This document shows, piece by piece, positions 53,701 to 64,000 of a stretch of DNA of 64,000 nt (the stretch's first letter is position 1; every line of letters starts with the position of its first letter). A program made the position numbers and the translations under genes. A model generated the notes under the pieces. It saw nothing but the letters and a program-made list of their open reading frames with translations. It ran no database searches and had not been told where the DNA came from. The DNA comes from Balanoglossus misakiensis. Its lineage: Eukaryota; Animalia; Hemichordata. Location: NCBI GenBank assembly GCA_040954595.2, contig CM082584.2, forward strand, positions 6,080,110-6,144,109. The letters are read 5' to 3'.

Positions 53701-56700
53701 ATATAATTGTCTTGAAAGCCATTTGATGGCGTACCAGGGTCATAACACTCTCCCTTACATTGAGGGGCAGGGGGCTTCCAGACACCTTCGATACAAACAC
53801 TAGCAGCTTCCTCAAGACACTCTTGTTCGACATCATCATAGAGCTGATAGCCATCATTGCAACCATAGGTTATTAGTGTCCCATTTTCTGCTGGGTATTC
53901 ATGATCTTCAACTATGTATCCATTGTAAGGGACATCAGGCTCCTTACAGTTACCAACACAATCCGGTAGATCATTCGTCCACCCACCATTAAAACAAGTA
54001 GTACTTGCATCACCCTCCAAGAAATACTCATCTTCACACCCAAAATCAACAACTGTTCCGTGACATACAGGGAAGTAGATAGAATTCAGTTGATACCCGT
54101 TTTCCGGGTAGCCAGGATCATCACACTCTCCTATACAAAATGGCACAGGTTCTGACCACATTCCATATTCGCAGGTCGAAAGGGCACTAGGATGACAAGT
54201 ATCATTCACACCATACATAAGCCTGAATCTAGGATCACAATAAAACTCAACAACAGTACCAGTGTTTACTGGGTATGTGTAGGTGTCAACCTGACCACCG
54301 TTTACAGGGGACCCTGGGTCTACGCATTGCTCAATACATGATGGCATGAAGCCAATCCAAGAACCATCATCACATGTTAAGCTGCTATTGCCTATCATTT
54401 CATGCATGTAATTACAAGAAAATTCAACAACTGTTCCGTGACACACAGGATATGTCATGTTGCCAAGTTGTTCACCATTGTCAGGACTGCCAGGATCTTG
54501 ACATTCTCTCATGCATAGAGGAGTTGGATGAGACCATGTTCCTTCCAAACACATAGTTTTAGCAGCGTCAACACAGCCTGACTGATCGTAGTAAAGGTTA
54601 TAGCCCAAATCACAACCAAACTCGACTACTGTGCCATTGTCTGCTGGAAATGTGTAAACATCTTTCTGATATCCATTTTCTGGTGTTCCAGGATCTTGAC
54701 AATTGCCAACACAGGTGGGCACTGGCTCATTCCATACTCCGTGGACGCACATTGATGTATTTGACCCTCTTAAGTCATAGTCATCGTCACAGTCAAAACT
54801 GACTGATGTTCCTGTACATACAGGATAAGTATGTGTCACTGTTTGGAATCCATTGGTTGGTTCCCCAGGGTCTGTGCATTCCTGCCAACATAGTGGCAGT
54901 GGGTCTGTCCAGGACCCATTGATGCAGGTTGTTGATGCTTGGTCAATGCAATAACCATCCGGAGAATCATGCAAATGATAAAATGGGTCACAATGAAACT
55001 CAACCACTGTTCCATAGGAGACAGGATAGTCATGAACACCAATTTGTCCTCCATTTTCTGGTGAACCTGGATCTAAGCATTCTTCTATACAGAGAGGAGC
55101 AGAATCATTCCAGACACCGGCATTGCAAACAATAGTTTGGGAACCAACTAATTCATACATGTAGTCACAAGCATAACTGACTGTTGTTTCAGTGCAAACT
55201 GGGTATGACATATTTCCTAGCTGTTGGCCATTAACCGGGCTGCCGGGATCAGAACACTCTGCCACACACAGTGGAGGTTCATGGCTCCATGTGCCTTCAA
55301 GACATAAAGTTGCTGCATATTCTACACATATCGCTTCTACTTCATCATATAGAATGTATCCCTCATCACAGCCGTATTCCACCAAAGTACCATTGTTGGC
55401 TGGATATGTGTATGCTTCTTTTTGGTATCCGTTATCAGGCGTGCCTGGATCTTGACAATTGCCGACACATTTTGGGACATCATCACTCCATTCTCCTTGG
55501 ATACATGTGATATTGTTTGTACCTTGAAGGTCGTATCCATCTTCACATTCATAGGTAACAGTTGTACCAGTACAAACGGGATATGTGTTCGTGATTTTCT
55601 GCTGGCTATTTGCAGGTGTTCCTGGATCATCACATTCTTCTACACATATTGGCAGAGGATTTGTCCAAGACCCATCGTGACAAGTACTGCTGGCATAATC
55701 AATGCAGTCCCAAGAATTTGCCTCATGTAGGTGGAATCCAGTGTCGCATTCATATTCTATTACCGTGCCATTAGACACAGGGTAGGCGGGGTCTCCAACC
55801 TGAAACCCGTTTTCCGGACTGCCTTGGTCAAGACATTGTGGAATGCAATCAGGGATTGCAGCAGACCAACCCGTATCTGTGCATGTCAATGTCTCAGAAC
55901 CACTCAATTCATGTAGATAATTACAGGTGAATGTTACGTTTGTACCATAGCAGACAGGGTAGGTGTAATTTCCTTCTTGGCCACCATTATCAGGACTGCC
56001 AGGATCTTGACATTCTCTCATGCATAGAGGAGTTGGATGGGACCATGTTCCTTCTAAACACATAGTTTTAGCAGCGTCAACACAGCCTGACTGATCGTAG
56101 TAAAGGTTATAGCCCAAATCACAACCAAACTCGACTACTGTGCCATTGTCAGCTGGAAATGTGTAAACATCTTTCTGATATCCATTTTCGGGTGTTCCAG
56201 GATCTTGACAATTGCCAACACAGGTGGGCACTGGTTCATTCCATACTCCATGGACACACATCGATGCATTTGATCCATGTAAGTCATAGTCATCGTCACA
56301 ATCATAACTGACAGATGTTCCTGTACAGACAGGATAAGTATGTGTCACTGTTTGGAATCCATTGGTTGGTTCCCCAGGGTCTGTGCATTCCTGCCAACAT
56401 AGTGGCAGTGGGTCTGTCCAGGACCCATTGATGCAGGTTGTTGATGCTTGGTCAATGCAATAACCATCCGGAGAATCATGCAAATGATAAAATGGGTCAC
56501 AATGAAACTCAACCACTGTTCCATAGGAGACAGGATAGTCATGAACACCAATTTGTCCTCCATTGTCAGGTGAACCTGGATCTAAGCATTCTTCTATACA
56601 TAGAGGAGCAGAATCATTCCATACACCGGCATTGCAAACAATAGTTTGGGAACCAACTAATTCATACATGTAGTCACAAGCATAACTGACTGTTGTTTCA

Positions 56701-59700
56701 GTGCAAACTGGGTATGACATATTTCCTAGCTGTTGGCCATTAACCGGGCTGCCGGGATCAGAACACTCTGCCACACACAGTGGAGGTTCATGGCTCCATG
56801 TCCCTTCAAGACATAAAGTTGCTGCATATTCTACACATATCGCTTCCACTTCATCATATATCATGTATCCCTCATCACAGCCGTATTCCACCAAAGTTCC
56901 ATTGTTGGCTGGATATGTGTATGCTTCTTTTTGGTATCCGTTATCTGGTGTGCCTGGATCTTGACAATTGCCGATGCATTTTGGGACATCATCACTCCAT
57001 TCTCCTTGGATACATGTGATATTGCTTGTACCTTGAAGGTCATATCCATCTTCACATTCATAGGTAACAGTTGTACCAGTACAAACGGGATATGTGTTCG
57101 TGATTTTCTGCTGGCTATTTGCAGGTGTTCCTGGATCATCACATTCTTCTACACATATTGGAAGAGGATTTGTCCAAGACCCATCGTGACAAGTACTGCA
57201 GGCATAATCAATGCAGTCCCAAGAATTTGCCTCATGTAGGTGGAATCCAGTGTCGCATTCATATTCTATTACCGTGCCATTAGACACAGGGTAGGCGGGG
57301 TCTCCAACCTGAAACCCGTTTTCCGGACTGCCTTGGTCAAGACATTGTGGAATGCAATCAGGGATTGCAGCAGACCAACCTGTATCTGTGCATGTCAATG
57401 TCTCAGAACCACTCAATTCATGTAGATAATTACAGGTGAATGTTACGTTTGTACCATAGCAGACAGGGTAGGTGTAATTTCCTTCTTGGCCACCATTATC
57501 AGGACTGCCAGGATCTTGACATTCTCTCATGCATAGAGGAGTTGGATGGGACCATGTTCCTTCTAAACACATAGTTTTAGCAGCGTCAACACAGCCTGGC
57601 TGATCGTAGTAAAGGTTATAGCCCAAATCACAACCAAATTCTACTACTGTGCCATTGTCAGCTGGAAATGTGTAAACATCTTTCTGATATCCATTTTCTG
57701 GTGTTCCAGGGTCTTGACAATTGCCAACACAGATGGGCACTGGTTCATTCCACACTCCATGGACACACATCGATGCATTTGATCCATGTAAGTCATAGTC
57801 ATCGTCACAATCATAACTGACAGATGTTCCTGTACAGACAGGATAAGTATGTGTCACTGTTTGGAATCCATTGGTTGGTTCCCCAGGGTCTGTGCATTCC
57901 TGCCAACATAGTGGCAGTGGGTCTGTCCAGGACCCATTGATGCAGGTTGTTGATGCTTGGTCAATGCAATAGCCATCCAAAGGATCATGCAAATGATAAA
58001 ATGGATCACAATGAAACTCAACCACTGTTCCATAGGAGACAGGATAGTTATGAACACCAATTTGTCCTCCATTTTCTGGTGAACCTGGATCTAAGCATTC
58101 TTCTATACATAGAGGAGCAGAATCATTCCATACACCGGCATTGCAAACAATGGTTTGGGAACCAACTAATTCATACATGTAGTCACAAGCATAACTGACT
58201 GTTGTTTCAGTGCAAACTGGGTATGACATATTTCCTAGCTGTTGGCCATTAACCGGGCTGCCGGGATCAGAACACTCTGCCACACACAGTGGAGGTTCAT
58301 GGCTCCATGTCCCTTCAAGACATAAAGTTGCTGCATATTCTACACATATCGCTTCTACTTCATCATATAGAATGTATCCCTCATCACAGCCGTATTCCAC
58401 CAAAGTACCATTGTTGGCTGGATATGTGTATGCTTCTTTTTGGTATCCGTTATCTGGTGTGCCTGGATCTTGACAATTGCCGACACATTTTGGGACATCA
58501 TCACTCCATTCTCCTTTGATACATGTGATATTGCTTGTACCTTGAAGGTCATACCCATCTTCACATTCGTAGGCCACAGTTGTACCAGTACAAACTGGAT
58601 AGGTGTAAAGGATTCTCTGCTGGCTATTTGCAGGTGTTCCTGGATCATCACAATCTTCTACACAGAGGGGAATGGGGTCTGTCCAAGAGCCATTTATACA
58701 CACACTGCTGGCATCATCAATGCATGTGTATGTGTCTGCATTATGTAACGCATAACCGATGTCACAATCATACGTGACAACTGTGCCATTGGAAACAGGA
58801 TACTCATGGTTTTCATTCTGAAAGCCATTAATGGGATTTCCGTTGTCGAGGCATTGTGGTATACATTCTGGTACCAAATTGGACCACTCGCCGCCGCTGC
58901 ATGTTATTGTAGTGCTACCCTGAAGTTCATATAAATAGTCACATGAATATGATACATTGGTTCCATGACAGACAGGATATGTTACGTTGTTTAGCTGCTG
59001 GCCATTTTCTGGTGTTCCTGGGTCATTGCATTCTGCCAAACACAATGGTACTGGGTGTGTCCAAATTCCTTCCAAGCACAATGTCGATGCTTCCTCAATA
59101 CAGACTACATCACTTGTATGTAGATTGTAGCCATCGTAACAATCAAATCCTACAACAGTTCCGTTTTCGGCTGGATATGTGTATTGTTCTAACTGGTATC
59201 CATTGTCAGGTGTGCCTGGGTCTTCACAGTTCCCCACACATTTTGGGACGGGTTCACTCCATTCCCCATGAATACAAGCTGATGTGTTGGAACCTTGCAT
59301 ATCATAACCTTCGTGGCAGTCAAATTCTATTTGTGTACCGGTACACACGGGATAGTCATAAGGTTCTAGTTGATACCCATTTGATGGTATTCCAGGGTTT
59401 GAACATTCTCTCCAACATTCTGGAAGAGCTTCTGAATCAACCCATGTGCCATTAATGCATTCTGTTGAAGCATTACTAAGGCATTCATATGTAGTTGCAT
59501 CGTGCAAGTGATATAAATGATCACAGTAGAATTCAACTGTTGTGCCATACGACACGGGATACTCGTAGTTATTAGCTTGTCCGCCATTAGCTGGTGAGCC
59601 TGGATCATTACACTGTTCAATGCAAACAGGTGCCGAGTCATTCCATTGTCCATCTTTACAGACCAATGTTTGAGATCCCACTAGTTCATGGAGATAATTA

Positions 59701-62700
59701 CACGTGTAACTAATTTCAGTTCCACTGCATACTGGGTATGTTATGTTATTGACCTGTGCCCCGTTAGTTGGTGTTCCAGGATCACTACATTCTGCTTTAC
59801 ATGATGGTAGATCATGGCTCCAGGAACCTTCGTTGCACATGGTTGCTGCTCTTTCAATGCAAATGCCAGCATCATCTGTTCCATTATACAGATCAAATCC
59901 ATCATTACACCCAAATTCTACAATAGTACCATTTGCAGCTGGGAAGGTATGGTTTCCATACTGATAACCATTATCTGGAGCCCCTGGATCCTGGCAATTT
60001 CCTATGCATTGGGGAACGTCATCACTCCATGTTCCTTCTCTACAAATGACACTATCACTGCCAATAAGGTCGTATCCCTCTGAGCAATTGAAGTAGAGGA
60101 CAGTTCCACTACACACTGGATAATCGTGCAGGTGAACTTGCCTTCCATTGTCTGGTGATCCTGGATCATCACATTCTTCTAAGCATAGCGGTAAAGGATC
60201 AGTCCACATTGCTTCTATACAAGTATTATTGGCAACTTCAATGCTCTCTTTTGACACTGAATTGTGTAGATGGTATCCCGCGTAGCAGTCATAGCCGATC
60301 ACTGTTCCATTTGAAACTGGGTATTCAGGATTGCCGACTTGAAAACCATTATCAGGACTTCCCAGGTCAGTACACTGCTTGACACAATCTGGGACACTAT
60401 GAGACCACGTACCATTCACGCAAATTATCGTTTCACTGCCTACTAATTCATGGAGATACGAACATGTGAATGATACATTTGTTCCATGACTAACTGGATA
60501 TGACACATTTCCAACCTGCATACCATCTTCCGGCAGGCCTGGATCCTGACATTCTCCAAGGCAGAAGGGAACTGGATGAGACCAAGTGCCTTCTAAACAA
60601 AGTGTTGCTGCTCTGTCTGTACTTTCTGTGTGCTCGTAGTGAAGCCTGAAACTCGGATCGCAGTCAAATTCTACAATGGTTCCATTTTCTGCTGGATATG
60701 TATATTCTTCCTTTTGGAAACCATTTTCTGGGTACCCTGGATCAGGACAGTTTCCTATACAAGTCGGTGATGGGTTACTCCATTCTCCAGTGATACATTC
60801 AGTCCAGTTGTGCCCATTCATGTCATAACCGCCATGACAGTCAAAATCTACAACTGTACCACTGCATACTGGATATGTATAGCTGTCAATAATTTCTCCA
60901 TTGTCAGGTGTAACAGGTTCGTCACACATCTTTAAACATAACGGTAGCGGTTCGGTCCAGTTTCCTAGATTACATTCTGTCTGTGCATAGTCAAGACATT
61001 CAAGTGAACCCTGATCATGTAAATTATATGTAGCATTGCAATAAAATGCCACAACTGTACCATTGTTTACAGGGAACTTGAGATCTCCCCACTGGCCACC
61101 GTTATCTGGATAGCCAGGGTCTTCACACTGACGAATACATTCAGGAACATCACCATTCCATCTGCCATTCTGACACGAAATTTGGTTGACTCCTCGCAGT
61201 TCATGCAGATCATCACAAGTGTAACTGATGTGTGTACCACTGCAAACTGGAAATGTCGCCTTTGTCAACATCTGACCATCATCCGGGGTCCCGGGGTCAC
61301 TGCATGTTTCCATACACACAGGTATTTCAGCAGTCCACTCACCCTCGAAGCAATAGACGGTGTACTCCTCAATGCATTCACTTGTATAGGTTTCATGAAG
61401 TTCAAAGTCTTCGTCGCAGCTAAACGACAGAGAGGTTCCATTGTTGACTGGGAAGTCGTGCTGTTCAATCTGACTGCCGTTTTGTGGTGTACCGGGATCA
61501 GTACACTGCCCTATACACTGCGGAACAGGATCACTCCAATTGCCATCGTAACATGTCGTAACATTTGAACCTCGAAGTTCAAATTCGTCGTAACAAATGA
61601 AATGAACTTCTGTCCAAGTGCAAACAGGGTAGTCCAATGTTGGAAACTGATAACCGTTGGTCGGATACCCAGGATCGTTGCATACTCCGCTACATACTGG
61701 AACTGGTTCAGTCCAGTTTCCGTCTTTACAGACCGTTGATGCATTGTACTGACATTCATTCATACCACTGTCCATTAAGTGATAACCATAGTCGCAGTAA
61801 AATGATACTTCTGTGTTTTCTGAGCAAGGGAAAGATATTGTTTCAACCTGGCCACCATTTGCTGGATATCCGGGATCTATGCACATCGGTACGCAGCTTG
61901 GTACTTCTGGCTCCCATATGCCGTTTTTGCATGTTGACAGATCGGCTCCATCAAGCTCATACAGGTCATCGCAGTAGAAACGAACACCTGTCCCAGAACA
62001 TACAGGGAAAGTGTCATTGTAAGTATGGCCACCATTGTCAGGAGTACCAGGATTGCCACATTGTTGCAGACACAACGGAGATGGACCCGTCCAGACACCT
62101 TCTTCACATACTATTTGTGATTCTTCGAGACACGTGTATGTTTGTGAATCGTGCAGTTGAAAGCTGTCGTCGCACTCGAAGGTAACCTCGGTACCACTGC
62201 ACACTGGATAGACATGATGTTCAGTCTGTGACCCATTTGTTGGCGTGCCAGGATCTGCGCACTCTGCTAAGCAAACTGGAACCGGGTGACTCCATTCACC
62301 ATCGAGGCAAGTTGTTGAGGCAGCCTCAAGGCAATCCAGTGTTGCTGCATTCATGAGGCGATAGCCCGCATCACAGTAGAATTCTACGACAGTGTGGTTC
62401 GAACACGGGTACACGTGGCTTCCTAACTGTCCACCATTATCTGGAGCTCCCGGGTCTGTACACTGCGGCACACATTCTGGTGCTTCATCACTCCAGACAC
62501 CTTCATTGCAGGTTATGTTATGCGAGCCCCTGATCTCATACGTGTAATCACAGATGTAATTTACAGTCGTCCCATCACACACAGGATAAGTAGGTGAACC
62601 TACCTGCTGACCGTAGTCTGGCGTGCCTGGGTCTGCACAGTGTGCCCTGCACAGCGGTGGTGGCTCTGTCCAAATGCCGTTGTCACAAACTGTTTGCACT

Positions 62701-63767
62701 TCTTCGATGCATGATTCCGTGTCTGAATCATACAGGTCATAGCCATCATTACAGCAGTAAGTGACAACAGTACCACCAGACACTGGATATTGGTAATCTT
62801 CAACAAGGCACCCGTCTTGTGCAATATCAGGTGAATAGCACGTTTCTGTAGAATAAGCATATGTATACATTCATCAATGAATGATTATCGTCTTACTTTC
62901 CTTATATATGAATTATACTATCTCTGAGCCCCTTTTCTGACTAACATATTATACTACATTATAATCTATCATTAGCAGATCATAGCAACCTATCTCAATT
63001 TTAAATTCTAAACAATACCAATTTGAATTTTGATTGACGTGAAGAACTTCAATATTTGCATTGATTCAAATACAAATTGAACTATTCCTGCTTGATTATT
63101 ATTATTTATATTATTATTGCTATCATTATTATTATTGATTGTTATTATTGTTATTTCTAATTCTACAGATATTACCTAAAGAATAGTTATTATTATGCCT
63201 ATGGCTATATATATTTGTTTAATTTTGTTTTATCATAGTTATTGCTTTGCTTTTGCATAGTGTTTGGTTTTGACATTATTGCTGTTACTGCAGGGTAGTA
63301 TCTGATTGTTAGATTGGGATGTTTTAATTCTAAACATTATGAGCTGATTTTAAGGGTATATATGGTCGAGGGATATAGTTATTCTAAGGGTATCTAGGGG
63401 TATAGTTATTTTAAGGATATCTAGGGGTATAGTTATTTTAAGGATATCTAGGGATATACTTAACTAGCGGTATACTTATTCTAAGGGTATATTATTATTA
63501 TCATTATTATCATTATTGATATTTTTATCGTTACCTTTACTTTACCATTGCCGATAATTTACGATGTAAATAATTTATTGGGACATACTTACGAGAACAA
63601 TTCAAGCCATCACCTTCCCAGTCGGGGAAGATACACTCACATGTATATTTCCCACCTACTATAGTACATTGGGCGTTTGTGTCACATTCAATAGTCTCAC
63701 AGTTTATCAGTCCAGCTTCGCATTTGCATTCTTCGGTGCAGTCTTCATTCACCCACGTTTCTCCACC
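40971..63767 (-). CDS. Gene D (5' part beyond the window): giant type I membrane paralog, over 5260 aa. TILa/EGF, 57 CCP, EGF, VWD/C8/TIL/TILa/EGF, EGF, two EGF-CCP4 units, VWC, Jagged-like domain with furin site, TSP1, TM, long tail
   Basis: Exons in transcription order: 63767-63593, 62845-52082, 51578-51465, 51184-50922, 50790-50683, 50260-50105, 49787-49619, 49291-49115, 48696-48491, 48218-48044, 47601-47491, 47205-47092, 46830-46114, 45781-45668, 45503-44781, 44577-44468, 44204-43884, 43701-43531, 43060-42736, 42315-42289, 41734-40971. All GT-AG; sum 15804 nt in frame. Many exon lengths equal those of gene C (114, 108, 156, 169, 177, 206, 175, 111). Confidence 0.88.
42736..43060 (-). CDS. 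Gene D exon ending the juxtamembrane domain and encoding a thrombospondin type-1 repeat
   Basis: [43 protein letters not shown]...C...C. Confidence 0.9.
43146..43255. repeat. (TAATT)n(CATT)n microsatellite
   Basis: Direct observation, intronic. Confidence 0.95.
43329..43480. repeat. Perfect 74-bp tandem duplication, 2 copies, intronic
   Basis: catgcaaggaaacagacatg...ataccttggttgta occurs at 43329 and 43403. Confidence 0.95.
44781..47205 (-). CDS. Gene D duplicated two-exon unit (cbEGF-like exon plus 4-CCP exon), 2 copies
   Basis: [27 protein letters not shown] versus [27 protein letters not shown]. The CCP exons (717 and 723 nt) match module by module. Confidence 0.88.
52082..62845 (-). 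CDS. Gene D giant exon (10764 nt) encoding 57 CCP/sushi modules
   Basis: 3608-aa ORF trimmed to the tacag acceptor and gtaa donor; 57 modules counted manually. The last two modules and the end (DDTFCA) match gene C (EDTYCA). Confidence 0.95.
54470..58665 (-). repeat. Coding tandem repeat, 1509-bp (503-aa, 8-CCP) period, about 2.8 near-identical copies
   Basis: Shadow ORFs recur at exactly 1509-bp offsets (54836/56345/57854 and 55192/56701/58210). Confidence 0.95.
63350..63492. repeat. Minisatellite, about 26-bp unit (tatctaggggtatagttattttaagg), intronic
   Basis: 4-5 degenerate copies visible. Confidence 0.85.
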
Positions 63768-64000
63768 CTTTTACGAGATACAAGTTAAAGGACATGTTTC
63801 ACTTCAGAAAATGACAAGGTGTTTATTACACAAAGATACTCGAGCTGAGTAATGATGACTGGTAGATCATTCTTGCCACTTCAGATAATATTGACATGAT
63901 TGGAACTATTTTGAGATATTTGCATACCGATAAAATGCGTACAAAACGATTAGTATTCGTTGTACTATGGGGAGAATGTGGTATTTCTGTCACTGATAAA

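Noticed and set aside
54470-58665. CRISPR-like or mobile-element interpretation of the regular repeats
   Set aside because: The repeats are in-frame protein-coding units without unique spacers, in a spliceosomal-intron gene, with no cas or transposase genes.
52224-62860. Many short overlapping or antisense ORFs within the CCP exons
   Set aside because: Shadows of the real repetitive reading frame. They recur with the 1509-bp period and have no independent features.

Overview
Eukaryotic, intron-rich, AT-rich DNA, probably from a marine invertebrate deuterostome (inferred from domain repertoire and repeats, not proven). The window is almost entirely a cluster of four paralogous genes for very large, cysteine-rich, multidomain surface or secreted proteins. 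Gene A: last 3 exons only (+, 25-1022). Gene B: 17 exons (+, 3574-12967), about 1216 aa, open but ending without a transmembrane (TM) segment. Gene C: complete, 36 exons (+, 18771-37960), about 2822 aa. Gene D: convergent, at least 21 exons (-, 63767-40971), over 5260 aa in the window, with one 10.76-kb exon encoding 57 CCP/sushi modules. Shared architecture from hand-spliced exons: signal peptide, 2 resistin/PCSK9-C-terminal-like modules, FN3, EGFx2, FN3, HYR, VWD(GDPH)/C8/TIL/TILa/EGF, CCP array of variable length, EGF, second VWD(GDPH)/C8/TIL/TILa/EGF, EGFs, a paralog-specific insert (Ly6/uPAR domain in C; two EGF-CCP4 units in D), a Jagged/Serrate-like VWC plus juxtamembrane domain with a furin site, TM, and a paralog-specific tail. 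The CCP arrays alternate long and short modules carrying complementary extra cysteines, and gene D has a recent 1509-bp internal near-triplication. Also present: a young 5'-truncated LINE with a 15-bp target-site duplication and poly(A) just after gene B, a GC-AG intron, a candidate gene-conversion patch, and many microsatellites. All gene models and domain calls were made by eye; no searches were run.
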